Source of the DNA: Methanocella sp.
GTDB taxonomy: Archaea; Thermoproteota; Bathyarchaeia; Bathyarchaeales; Bathycorpusculaceae
Direction of reading: 5' to 3'
NCBI GenBank assembly: GCA_050261115.1
Contig: JBLNCY010000010.1
Span: 113,757-177,756, forward strand
DNA: 64,000 bases
The notes under the pieces were generated by a model that was not told where the DNA came from, made no database searches, and worked only from the letters and a program-made list of their open reading frames with translations. This document shows, in pieces, positions 20,664 through 30,362 of the stretch. Positions within the stretch are counted from its first letter, which is position 1; the number at the start of each line of letters is the position of its first letter. A program made the position numbers and the translations under genes.

Positions 20664-21830
20664 ATGCCCACCTTGGACGTTGCTATGCCGACTGCCCTTC
20701 TACTGGTAGTGCTAGTTGCTCTGTTTCTAAACAAACGTGTTGAAGGAAAATTGGCGGCATCTGTTGAGCAGAAGGAATTCAAAACACGCGACATCCTTCT
20801 GTTGGTTGTGTTCATTGTAGTTATGGTCTCAGTTATCGCCTATACCTCTATGGTTAACGCGGGGGGCATCTTTGAAAACGTTCTGCTGGTGATGTTTTTA
20901 TCCTCCTACACTATGCTGCTGTTCACGTTCTCATACATATTTGCCAAAGTAACCCGTGCACGTGCACAACTTCTATCGATAGGATTTGGATTCATAAGTT
21001 TAGTCGCGGCAATAGCAAGTCTAATGGAACCATTCGCAGATGAATTCACCTTTTACCGCGTGGCAGCGTTTGCGGTGCTGGCGGCTTGCTGTTTTGCTGT
21101 GGCGGCCTATGAGCAACTGAAAAAGGTTGGTAAACCCCGATGGTATCTTGCGGTTCAACCTCCCGCCCTATTCCTGCTGCTGTTTGTTTTCTTTAGAATA
21201 ATCTACACGGGTCAAGCGGTCGTATGGTATCCAATACTGCTGGACGTTTTTGGGTGTACGTTTGCGATTTTAATCATCCTCTATCTTAGCTCGATGTTCT
21301 CTTGGAAGACTGTAGGCATATTTGCAGTTCTGCTTACCATAATTGATATGGTGCTGGTTTTCGGTGGCCCTATGACTCAAGCTGCCGGAACATTCACAGA
21401 TCTGGGTTTGCCCGTGCTGATTTATTTGCCCAACATTCCACTGCTAGAAGCAAAAGAGGGCGCACTGAACTTCTTTGGTTACGGTGTGCGCGGTCTTGGA
21501 TTAGGCGACTTTTTCTTTGCCGGCATTCTGGCTATTCAAACCTTCAAAAAATTCGGCAACAAAACCGCCTTAACCTCAGTTGTAGCAATGGTTGTCGCGT
21601 TTGGTATCTGGGAAGCTTTCCTGCCTGAATTGATTGCGTTGCTGTCTCCAATCTTTTATCCGATTGCCGGAAAAGCGCTCACTGGATTCCCGGGAACCTT
21701 GATGATAATAAGTGGCTGGGCCCCAGTTGTAGCGATTAAACTTTATTTTAACCGTAGAAACGCCAAAAAATTGCCCCCTCAAGGCGCAACGGACCCTCTG
21801 GCGCCTATGACAGCGGCTAATCCAATGTAA
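20664..21830 (+). CDS. Presenilin/signal-peptide-peptidase-like intramembrane aspartyl protease
   Basis: Polytopic membrane protein with intramembrane Asp (LLTIIDMV), LGLGD motif and C-terminal FPGTL (PAL-equivalent); start uncertain. Confidence 0.75.
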   Translation: MPTLDVAMPTALLLVVLVALFLNKRVEGKLAASVEQKEFKTRDILLLVVFIVVMVSVIAYTSMVNAGGIFENVLLVMFLSSYTMLLFTFSYIFAKVTRARAQLLSIGFGFISLVAAIASLMEPFADEFTFYRVAAFAVLAACCFAVAAYEQLKKVGKPRWYLAVQPPALFLLLFVFFRIIYTGQAVVWYPILLDVFGCTFAILIILYLSSMFSWKTVGIFAVLLTIIDMVLVFGGPMTQAAGTFTDLGLPVLIYLPNIPLLEAKEGALNFFGYGVRGLGLGDFFFAGILAIQTFKKFGNKTALTSVVAMVVAFGIWEAFLPELIALLSPIFYPIAGKALTGFPGTLMIISGWAPVVAIKLYFNRRNAKKLPPQGATDPLAPMTAANPM

Positions 21831-21980
21831 GAGAAAGGGTGCGCCTGCAGATAAGCAGAAATTTGCTAAAGCATAACAGGTTGCATTCTTTTTATTGTTC
21901 TTTATACCCTTATCTGTATCAGTTTATAAAAAGCCCTTGATATTGAAATATTCGGTTGTCTTTGTGAATGTTACTTATTT

Positions 21981-23021
21981 CTATGGTATGGGGGCAACCA
22001 TTTTAGTTCCAGACATTTTTGTGCTAAATGTTCTTTGGATATGTGGAGCGCCAAGATAGGGAAATTCGTTTAACACGTCCTTGTGTGGTGCAGTTTTGTC
22101 AGCAGTCAATTTGCCATTGAACAATGTCAGAAAGACTCCTTTTCCATCATCTGAAGGTTTTCTTCCATTTGCAGGATATGCCGCCTCTTTCTTAGGGTCG
22201 TATGGCAAAACATCTGGTAATAGACTTCTTGCTGCTGCCTCCGCACCTTTCGGAGTGTACCCGCCGGTCTGCTCTAATATGTGTGCAAACATGGGTACAA
22301 ATTGCTCGTCTTGTGCCGGTTCGCCCTTAAGATATGCCTCTCTTTGGGCTTCTGCCATAAACGGTGTCTGGGTAGGCCGTGCGCCGCGGTCTACTTGTTC
22401 CCAATTACCATTAACCTGCAGTAACGTTCTAACCCATAAGTTCAACCTATCTCCATCTCCCAGTTCACTGATAGGCAACTCTAAGGCTATGCTGCAAATG
22501 TCTTTATCGATAAACCAATCTTCTCCTGTAAACTGCATTTTATTCAAAACACCTCCGATGTCAAAGAAGAATGGATCACTACGCCAGCCAGAAAAAAAGC
22601 GGTAATCCCCCGACTCTGTCACCTGTGCTTCGCGGCCCATAGAAACAGGTACATCCTGTAAGATAATTTTCCCTCCGTCACCTTTTTCGGCAGCTTGTGC
22701 TCCTTCTGCTCTACGTACAGTCGCTGCCATGCCCTTTTCTCCGTTAGCAAAGCGTACTCTATAAGCGATATCTATGTTCATATCCTCATTGGTATCTATC
22801 AGTAGCTCGTAAAGGCCCTCAGGTGCAAAAGGCTCACTAGTGGTTGGCTCTTGTTTGTCAAACGGTTTATTTGGGTCAAACCCGTGAGAAGGATGCATAT
22901 TCATTATAATAACAGACTTGTTGGCGTTGCCAGGTTTAGGGAATGCAAAAAGATCCGTAAAATCCAAGCGGGCATCACCATGGGGAAAACCAAAATTAGG
23001 CCCTGAATAATGATGCGTCAT
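21981..23021 (-). CDS. DUF4331 family protein
   Basis: M.HH.SGP start, DARLDFTDLFAFP, FFSGWRSDPFFFD, QVDRGARP, NGRKPSDD, FPYLGAP. Confidence 0.8.
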   Translation of the reverse strand: MTHHYSGPNFGFPHGDARLDFTDLFAFPKPGNANKSVIIMNMHPSHGFDPNKPFDKQEPTTSEPFAPEGLYELLIDTNEDMNIDIAYRVRFANGEKGMAATVRRAEGAQAAEKGDGGKIILQDVPVSMGREAQVTESGDYRFFSGWRSDPFFFDIGGVLNKMQFTGEDWFIDKDICSIALELPISELGDGDRLNLWVRTLLQVNGNWEQVDRGARPTQTPFMAEAQREAYLKGEPAQDEQFVPMFAHILEQTGGYTPKGAEAAARSLLPDVLPYDPKKEAAYPANGRKPSDDGKGVFLTLFNGKLTADKTAPHKDVLNEFPYLGAPHIQRTFSTKMSGTKMVAPIP

Positions 23022-23312
23022 AGAAATTCACCTTTAACATAGGTGCTCCCAAAATTTGAGCATATGTTTTTGCATAATGTGGCTACAATTTAATCAAATA
23101 AGCATTTGTCTCTGTAAATGTTGTTTCTTAATCTATGGTCTTTAATCCTGATTCCTAGGTCCATAGCGTCCATGGACGTTTCTTAGCATGTTAGATAATT
23201 AAGGTTGGATACGGTATAGGAGCTAGATAGACAAAACCCACAGCTTCAACTGCAGCTAGTGGAGGCAACAGCAAGACAGCTAGCGAATAGGCTCAAGAAG
23301 AGGTAGGCGACA

Positions 23313-23552
23313 ATGCAAGCGGTAACACAACCCAAGGTACAGCAACACAACAGTATGCTAGCGAGCCAATAGAAATTGATCGCACAGTGTTACTGCGCTA
23401 CCGGAAAAAATGCGTCACCATCGAAAATATCAGAAGTGCTTGCCGATACTGCTAACTGTTACATCGAAAGGCAAGGCACGCCAAGACTTGAGCGTGAAAG
23501 CTACGATGCTTTGCTTTCAAAGTATATGAAAATCTTTAGGAAGCGCAAGTAA
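23313..23552 (+). pseudogene. Decayed ORF ending KIFRKRK next to tRNA-Val, possible integrase tail remnant
   Basis: ATG 23313 after GAGGTAGG, in-frame TAG 23370-23372, continues to ...YMKIFRKRK* at 23552. Confidence 0.4.
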
Positions 23553-23636
23553 GCCATGACTTCAAAGAACAATGTGCATATCTCTGAAACAAAGCGCATA
23601 TATAGGAAGATGCTATATGAGTGGATGCGAAAGTGC

Positions 23637-23714
23637 GGGCCGGTCGTCTAGCCTGGTTAGGACATCTGCTTGACGTGCAGAAGGTCGCCGGTTCGAATCC
23701 GGTTCGGCCCACCA
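23637..23714 (+). tRNA. tRNA-Val(GAC), CCA encoded, no intron
   Basis: Acceptor GGGCCGG/TCGGCCC, anticodon arm TCTGC-TTGACGT-GCAGA, T arm GCCGG-TTCGAAT-CCGGT, ACCA end. Confidence 0.97.
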
Positions 23715-23748
23715 CCAACAATTTCTAACATTCATATTGTTCTGGTTG

Positions 23749-25068
23749 CTATATTGGCGGGCTCAAGGCGACTTTAACCTTCTTAGCAGTTAATGGTTCT
23801 TGTCGCAATCTTTCTGCACCATACCGCGCGCGAGAACCTAACTCTTCCTCGATTCGTAGTAGTTGGTTGTACTTTGCTGTTCGTTCTCCTCTGGCTGGGG
23901 CACCCGTCTTTATCTGGCCCGTTCCCATCGCCACGGCAAAATCTGCAATCGTAGCGTCGTCTGTTTCTCCTGAGCGATGGGAGGTAATTGCGGTCCAGCC
24001 GTTTGCCTGAGCTAACTTTATTGCTTCGATGCTTTCGGTGACTGTTCCGATCTGGTTGAGCTTGATTAAGACCGAGTTGGCTGAGCGTTTCGTTATGCCT
24101 TGTTCTATTCGGTTGATGTTGGTGACGAAGAGGTCGTCGCCTACGATTTGTATGTGGCTGCCGATCTTACGGGTTAACTCCGCAAAGCTTTCAAAGTCCT
24201 CTTCATAAAAGGGGTCCTCAATCGAGACTATGGGGTATTTGTCGGCGATTTCTACCCAGTAATCAATCAATTCTGGTGCAGTCAAGTTTTTGCCGTCGAT
24301 TTGGTACTGCTTGGTTTGGGGGTTGAAAAATGAGGAAGCCGCAGGATCCATGGCGAGATAGATGTTGTCTTGGTAACCGGCGGTTTTGATGGCGCTCATG
24401 AGGCAATCGAGTGCTTCTTGGGTTTTGGCCATGTTTGGCGCATAACCGCCTTCGTCGCCCACGTTTTTGGCGCTGGCTCCATAGCGCTCCTGAACAATCT
24501 TTCCCAGCGCGTGGTAGGTTTCAGCTGCCATCCGTAGCGCATCATGAAAATTAGGTGCGCCCAAGGGCATTATCATGAACTCCTGAGGCGCCAGTCTGGT
24601 TCCCGCGTGTTTCCCGCCGTTTAAGACGTTAAGCATAGGAACGGGCAGGATGGAGCTTTGTGGGTTGAGACTTAGGTAGAGTGGCTTGTTTTGGCATGCG
24701 GCGGCGCATTTTGCTGCGGCCATGGAGGTGGCAACGGTTGCGTTGGCGCCTAGGTTGGCTTTGTTGCTTGTGCCGTCTAATTCGATGAGGGTTTGGTCGA
24801 TTTCTTCTTGGTTTGTGCAGTCAAGCCCCTTTATTGCCTGGGCGATTTGGTTGTTTACGTTTGCGACTGCTTTCTGTACGCCTTTTCCGCCGAATCGTTT
24901 TTTGTCGCCGTCACGGAGCTCGATTGCTTCATGCGTTCCTGTGCTTGCACCCGAAGGCGCAATGGCGCGGCCAACTGCTCGGTCGGAGTGTACTTCGACT
25001 TCTACTGTGGGGTTTCCGCGGGAATCTAAAACTTCTCTGGCTTTTACTTTTGTAATAGAATAAACCAT
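23749..25068 (-). CDS. eno: Enolase
   Basis: DSRGNPTVEV, PSGASTG, NGGKHA, VGDEGG, SHRSGET, KYNQLLRIEE. Confidence 0.98.
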   Translation of the reverse strand: MVYSITKVKAREVLDSRGNPTVEVEVHSDRAVGRAIAPSGASTGTHEAIELRDGDKKRFGGKGVQKAVANVNNQIAQAIKGLDCTNQEEIDQTLIELDGTSNKANLGANATVATSMAAAKCAAACQNKPLYLSLNPQSSILPVPMLNVLNGGKHAGTRLAPQEFMIMPLGAPNFHDALRMAAETYHALGKIVQERYGASAKNVGDEGGYAPNMAKTQEALDCLMSAIKTAGYQDNIYLAMDPAASSFFNPQTKQYQIDGKNLTAPELIDYWVEIADKYPIVSIEDPFYEEDFESFAELTRKIGSHIQIVGDDLFVTNINRIEQGITKRSANSVLIKLNQIGTVTESIEAIKLAQANGWTAITSHRSGETDDATIADFAVAMGTGQIKTGAPARGERTAKYNQLLRIEEELGSRARYGAERLRQEPLTAKKVKVALSPPI

Positions 25069-25186
25069 GGCTAGACCTCTACACGAACCTAAAAGTTACC
25101 GCAACTGCTCGTGTGTATGTATGATATTGGTGTGCTAGAATTTTAGATTAACTCTTAGCTTGCAATGAGCGCTTGTTAGAATGAGG

Positions 25187-25319
25187 AGCTTTCACTGGCG
25201 CTTGTCCACGCCACCCGCTTAATATCTAAGTTGGGCCTCCCGGGCAATAATTGCGCTTACGGACAGGATACATGTAAGGGGTTTTACGCGTGCATAGCAA
25301 GCGGCACTGAGTGAAAGCT
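25187..25319. ncRNA. Candidate structured RNA (nested stems, multibranch) upstream of eno
   Basis: AGCTTTCACT/AGTGAAAGCT, CGCTTG/CAAGCG and CACGC/GCGTG nested pairs enclose three small hairpins. Confidence 0.55.
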
Positions 25320-25687
25320 ATCTATGCCTATAACAATAATCGTTTATGAGGTTTGTGCACTATAAAAACTGATTCAGAGTTCAGAAAACCAATCCGTAAA
25401 CCTAAAAGTTATAGATTCTAAAAAATGTCGGCAAATTATTTTTGCACTCAAATACTGTCTGCCAACCAGAAATCCTGTCTGTAGAGGTTCGTTTTTTGGG
25501 TTGGTTATTATTTTTTTGCTTTCATACGTCCATCCGTTGATAAAGCAACTAGACTGGGTGCTACTTGGCGGCTCTTCTCCATATTTTGGGGGTGGTCTTT
25601 GTATGTGCTGGGTTGTTGTTTGCTCGGTGTAACCTGGCGATATGATTAAATAGTAATGTCGCTTCCTCTTAACTCCGAGGAAACCCC

Positions 25688-26872
25688 ATGGCATCACCCC
25701 AGGAGAGAAAAACAAACTCCAAAGCACTAGCCGCAATAATAATCGCCATAGTAATAGTCTCACTAACGGTTGTAGCAGCCCAATATTCATTAACAACCTC
25801 CCAAACACAAAACAACCTCCCCGACACCGCGCTCAAAATAGTGGGCAGTAACGGCTCCATAAAAGCCCTTACTGAGGCTGACATCCAAGCACTTCAACCT
25901 TATACCGCCCAAGGTGCCCCCCGCTCTGACGGCGTTGTGGGGTCAATAGCCACCTATACGGGGGTGCCAGTGACGGATCTCGTTGCTTTGGTAGGTGAAA
26001 TGCAGGTGGGTGAAACCCTCACTGTCACCAGCAAAGATGGCTACTCAAACGTTTACAGCTATAACCAAGTTGTAAATGGGCAGGACTTCAAAACATACTC
26101 TGCAGACGGAAACACGGCAACCGCAACTCAGCCCCTAAAACTGGTATTAATCTATAACTTGGATGGAGCTGCTCTTGGAATTGGTGAAGGCCCCCTTATG
26201 ATTGGTGTCCTAAACCCCGAAGGGTTAGCAACCGATGGCAACCAGTGGGCAAAGATGGTTGTCAAGCTCACCGTAAACCCGATACCTTCAGCTAGTTCTC
26301 AGCCAACAGCAAAACCCGCTGCTACAGCTACAACAGAACCTACCACAGGTCCAAGCGCCTCACCCGCTCCCTCAGTCACTTTAGCCGATTGCCAAGTCAC
26401 CATAATAGGCGCAGACAACACCAGCATAACCCTAAACAAAGAAGACCTATTGGCATACACAGCAACTTCGGGTCAGGCGGGAAAATATCGAAGCGACAAG
26501 GGAATCTTTGACTACGGAACCTACCAAGGAGTACCAATCACTACCTTACTCGACAAGGTTGGCGGGTTCCAAAGTTCCCAAGTTCTAAGCGTCAAAGCAG
26601 CAGATGGCTATGTCAAAAATTACACTTACGGCCAGGTAATTGGCACTGAATTAACAATGTATGACCCCGCCACTTTATCCGTTGTAAATCCCGAGCATCC
26701 GGTGACTACGATCCTTGCTTATGCATTCAATGGTACAAGCGCAAACCTTGAGACGTTTAGTGGCGACGGGAAAACTTTTCTGATGATTTCGTTTGTTGGT
26801 GAAGATGGGTATGCAACTATCGCTAATCAGTTTGCAAGATTTGTGACTGAAATCCGTATCTATGACGCTTGA
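25688..26872 (+). CDS. Membrane-anchored protein with two molybdopterin-oxidoreductase-like domains and a Pro/Thr linker
   Basis: N-terminal TM; repeated YTGVPVTDL...SKDGY...YNQV and YQGVPITTL...AADGY...YGQV. Confidence 0.7.
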   Translation: MASPQERKTNSKALAAIIIAIVIVSLTVVAAQYSLTTSQTQNNLPDTALKIVGSNGSIKALTEADIQALQPYTAQGAPRSDGVVGSIATYTGVPVTDLVALVGEMQVGETLTVTSKDGYSNVYSYNQVVNGQDFKTYSADGNTATATQPLKLVLIYNLDGAALGIGEGPLMIGVLNPEGLATDGNQWAKMVVKLTVNPIPSASSQPTAKPAATATTEPTTGPSASPAPSVTLADCQVTIIGADNTSITLNKEDLLAYTATSGQAGKYRSDKGIFDYGTYQGVPITTLLDKVGGFQSSQVLSVKAADGYVKNYTYGQVIGTELTMYDPATLSVVNPEHPVTTILAYAFNGTSANLETFSGDGKTFLMISFVGEDGYATIANQFARFVTEIRIYDA

Positions 26873-26965
26873 TTGGCTTGAGCTAACGCTCAGCCTTCTT
26901 TTTTAGCGTGATAATTCCAAAGGCGAGGCAAGGCGGGGGGCACTGTTATGGTACCCTCAACAAAA

Positions 26966-26983
26966 TCCCTTATATATCAGGGA
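26966..26983 (+). promoter_or_regulatory. Palindromic TATA-containing site upstream of hcp
   Basis: TCCCTTATATATCAGGGA is an 18-bp palindrome with one mismatched pair, 48 bp before the hcp ATG. Confidence 0.55.
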
Positions 26984-27031
26984 CAACAGCTATTCAAGAA
27001 GCAAACAATATACTGTTTTCAGTGAAGTAAA

Positions 27032-28648
27032 ATGAGTCAAAACCAGATGTTCTGTTACCAATGTGAACAAACCGCCCGAGGACAAGGTTGCACCGTAATG
27101 GGTGTATGCGGCAAAAACCCTGAAGTAGCAAACTTGCAGGATCTACTTGTCTACAAGCTGCGAGAACTCAGCCAACTCGCCATCCTGGCTAACAATGCGG
27201 GGATGCGTGACGAGCAAGTCGATGTGTTTACCGCTGAGGCCCTTTTTGCGACTTTAACTAACGTTAATTTTGATCCACAGGCAATTGCTGCTTACCTCAG
27301 AAAAGCCGAACAGTTCCAGCTTCAAATCCAGGCGAAATTATTCAACAAAAATCCCTACTTGAAACTTGAACCCACAATCGAGGGTATGGTTGCACAGGGC
27401 AGAGCCCACGGCATAGACTCAGAGCCAAACATGGACCCCGACCTCCACTCACTGCAATGGCTCCTTACTTACGGCTTAAAAGGCGTCGCCGCATACACCT
27501 ATCACGCTTACTTGCTGGGCAAAAAAGACCCCAAAGTCTTCGACTTCCTCTACGAAGGCTTAGCAGCCCCACTTAACAAAGCACTAGACATAAACGCATA
27601 CATCGGTCTGGTCTTCAAATGCGGCGAAATCAACATCCGCGCCATGGAACTGCTCGACGCAGGCAACACCGAACGCTACGGTCACCCAACCCCAACCAAG
27701 GTTCCACTAGGCCACAAGAAAGGCAAAGCAATCCTCGTTTCAGGCCACGACCTAATAGACCTTGAGGAGATTCTCAAGCAGACCCAGGGCAAAGACATCA
27801 CCGTCTACACCCACGGCGAAATGCTACCCACCCATGGCTACCCCGGACTAAAGAAGTATCCAAACTTCTATGGCCACTACGGAACCGCATGGCAAAACCA
27901 ACAAAGAGAATTCGCCCAATTCCCTGGCGCCATCCTCATGACCACCAACTGCATCCAGCGCCCAATGGACTCCTACAGCAAAAACATATTCACCTCAGGC
28001 CCAGTCGGCTACCCAGGCGTACCACACATCGAGGGCAAAGACTTTAGCGCAGTCATAAACAAGGCACTCGAGCTACCTGGATTCCAAGAAGACACCGAAG
28101 GTAAATCTGTCCTTGTGGGCTTTGGACGCAACGCCGTACTAAGTGTCGCAGGCAAAGTCATCGAGTCAGTTAAGGCAGGTCACATTAAACGGTTCATACT
28201 GGTCGGCGGATGTGACGGCGCAAAACCCGGACGTAGCTACTACACCGAACTCGTCGAGAAAGCACCCAGCAACACCATCATATTGACCTTGGCATGCGGC
28301 AAATTCCGCTTCTTTGACAAAGAACTAGGAACCATCGACGACATTCCAAGACTACTCGACATCGGCCAATGCAACGACGCCTACTCCGCAGTCAAAATCG
28401 CGCTGGCACTGGCAGACGCTTTCAAGGTCAGCGTAAACGAACTGCCACTCTCGATGGTGCTATCATGGTATGAACAGAAAGCATGCGCCATACTGCTGTC
28501 TCTGCTATACTTGGGCATAAAAGACATCCGCATCGGACCCAGCCTACCAGCCTTCATCACGCCAGGCATCCTCAAGGTCCTAGTCGAGAAATTCAACATC
28601 ATGCCCATCAAAACAGCAGACGAAGACCTCCAAGCCATCATGAAATAA
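27032..28648 (+). CDS. hcp: Hybrid cluster protein (hydroxylamine/NO reductase)
   Basis: MFCYQCEQT..GC...GVCGK, SGHDL, THGEMLP, GGCDG, LACGKFRF, GQCNDAY, WYEQKA. Confidence 0.97.
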   Translation: MSQNQMFCYQCEQTARGQGCTVMGVCGKNPEVANLQDLLVYKLRELSQLAILANNAGMRDEQVDVFTAEALFATLTNVNFDPQAIAAYLRKAEQFQLQIQAKLFNKNPYLKLEPTIEGMVAQGRAHGIDSEPNMDPDLHSLQWLLTYGLKGVAAYTYHAYLLGKKDPKVFDFLYEGLAAPLNKALDINAYIGLVFKCGEINIRAMELLDAGNTERYGHPTPTKVPLGHKKGKAILVSGHDLIDLEEILKQTQGKDITVYTHGEMLPTHGYPGLKKYPNFYGHYGTAWQNQQREFAQFPGAILMTTNCIQRPMDSYSKNIFTSGPVGYPGVPHIEGKDFSAVINKALELPGFQEDTEGKSVLVGFGRNAVLSVAGKVIESVKAGHIKRFILVGGCDGAKPGRSYYTELVEKAPSNTIILTLACGKFRFFDKELGTIDDIPRLLDIGQCNDAYSAVKIALALADAFKVSVNELPLSMVLSWYEQKACAILLSLLYLGIKDIRIGPSLPAFITPGILKVLVEKFNIMPIKTADEDLQAIMK

Positions 28649-28652
28649 ACAG

Positions 28653-28690
28653 AAAAAGCCCCCTTTGAGGGGTCAACCATTTTTTCTTTT
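28653..28690. terminator. Possible terminator between convergent hcp and flavoprotein genes
   Basis: A-run, GCCCC/GGGGT short hairpin, then T-run. Confidence 0.4.
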
Positions 28691-28696
28691 AACCAT

Positions 28697-29314
28697 TTAT
28701 GCCTGACTAAAAAACGACGGGTGACTCGATGCAGGCTCTTGTGGTTTTAGCTGTTTTAGTAGCCACGCCATGTTTTTGCCCAGTGTCGCCATGGTGTCGA
28801 GCCCTTCCTCGTCGTTGTTTACGTCGCCTTGCGCTCTTCCGACGCCGATGTTCCAGTAGGATGAGCCGGGGACAATCATTTCGTTGATTAGGAAGAAGTG
28901 GTTTATGGCATCAAAGGTCGGCATTGCACCTGCGCGGCGGACGGCGACCACTGCGGCGCCGACTTTGCGTTTAAACATGTGGTCGTTACTCATGGCGACG
29001 TATCCTGCGCGGTCGATGAGTGCTTTGAGTTCGGGAGTCAACATGGAGAAGTATGTGGGTGATCCAAAGATTACTCCATCGGCTTCAATCATTTTCTGTA
29101 TGTAGCTGTTGATGTTGTCGTTGACGATTTTGCATTGTTTGTTTTTTAGTTTTCGGCAGGTTCCGCAGGCTATGCAGCCGTGGACTAACTGGCCGCCTAG
29201 CTGGATAAATTCGGTTTCTATGCCTTCGGCTTCTAATTCTTTTAGTACTTGTTTGATTAGAATGGCAGTGTTTCCCTCTGCTCGGGGGCTTCCATTAAAC
29301 GCGACAACCTTCAT
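28697..29314 (-). CDS. Iron-sulfur flavoprotein (Isf) / NADPH-dependent FMN reductase family
   Basis: NGSPR.EGNT, GCIACGTC..C, GSPTYF, KALIDRAG. Confidence 0.9.
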   Translation of the reverse strand: MKVVAFNGSPRAEGNTAILIKQVLKELEAEGIETEFIQLGGQLVHGCIACGTCRKLKNKQCKIVNDNINSYIQKMIEADGVIFGSPTYFSMLTPELKALIDRAGYVAMSNDHMFKRKVGAAVVAVRRAGAMPTFDAINHFFLINEMIVPGSSYWNIGVGRAQGDVNNDEEGLDTMATLGKNMAWLLKQLKPQEPASSHPSFFSQA

Positions 29315-29357
29315 GTAACATACCTTGCCTTGTCTAGGGTCAATTTGGGATAAAAGA

Positions 29358-30362
29358 TTAACGTAACTGCTTTGACTTTTGGGCGCTTTCTAGGCGAGCT
29401 TTTCTAAACGCCCAAAGCATAAAGACCGACGTTAGACACAGGATAGCCAATGCAAACGCAAGTATTACGGGGTCAAAGATTGGCGTAAATATCTCTGTTA
29501 GCCGTTGCCTTGGGCTCTGCATCAGAGGGTAATGGTCGATGTTTAGGGCGTCGATTATGTAGGGTGTGTCGCCTATGCCGTCGCCGTTGGTGTCGGTGCC
29601 GTTGTAGTCGCTCCAGTAGTTGCCCTCTTTGCCGTCGTCCCATGCATGCGGTTCTTCGTCTTCGGGGTACTCTTCACAGAAGCAACCATTGATTTGCACC
29701 AAGTTATCCTCAAAGGAATTATGGTTAACTATTATGTCGGCGGGTATAGTTTCGTTTACGCCGTTGAAGCCAAAGAATAGTCCTTGCTGGTTTTCTTTAA
29801 GGGTATTGTAGGTTATGGTGGTGTTTGAGCCGGAGAGCATTATGCCTAAGATGCTTTCAGAGACGACGCAGTTGGTTATGGTGTTGTTTTTTGTCCAGAG
29901 ATAGGTGCCTATGCTAAAGTTTTTGATGTTGAGGTTTTGGATTGTTATGCCCTCAACGTTTTTATCGCCTAAGTCTACGCCGATTATGTACTGCGCGGTT
30001 AACTCAGGCGACTGATTGGGGCCGGCGCCGACTACCCAAACATTTGTTTGCGACCCATCGTAGGGGCCGCTCAGGGTATAGCCGCCGCCATTAAGAACAA
30101 TGTTGCTTTTTAGAATCTTTATCGTGCCATAGACGTCGCCTGTGAGCTTGTAGATGTTATCGTACCTGGTAAGTGGTGCCTCTGGGGGTGTTATGGTTCC
30201 ATCGGCTTTTATGATGATATTTTGCAGAGCGGTATCTGTCTGTTTGCTTGGTTCATTGGGGACAGCGAAAAGTAGCCCCGTCAAGACTGAAATAATCAAG
30301 ACTGCGCCAATCCAGACAGCAACCGTTCTCTTCTGCACACCCATTTTTCTCCTGTTACTCAA
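29358..30362 (-). CDS. NosD-like right-handed beta-helix surface protein, membrane anchored
   Basis: Parallel beta-helix repeats, WDDGKEGNYWSDYNGTDTNGDGIGDTPY...DHYPL, N- and C-terminal TM. Confidence 0.85.
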   Translation of the reverse strand: MSNRRKMGVQKRTVAVWIGAVLIISVLTGLLFAVPNEPSKQTDTALQNIIIKADGTITPPEAPLTRYDNIYKLTGDVYGTIKILKSNIVLNGGGYTLSGPYDGSQTNVWVVGAGPNQSPELTAQYIIGVDLGDKNVEGITIQNLNIKNFSIGTYLWTKNNTITNCVVSESILGIMLSGSNTTITYNTLKENQQGLFFGFNGVNETIPADIIVNHNSFEDNLVQINGCFCEEYPEDEEPHAWDDGKEGNYWSDYNGTDTNGDGIGDTPYIIDALNIDHYPLMQSPRQRLTEIFTPIFDPVILAFALAILCLTSVFMLWAFRKARLESAQKSKQLR

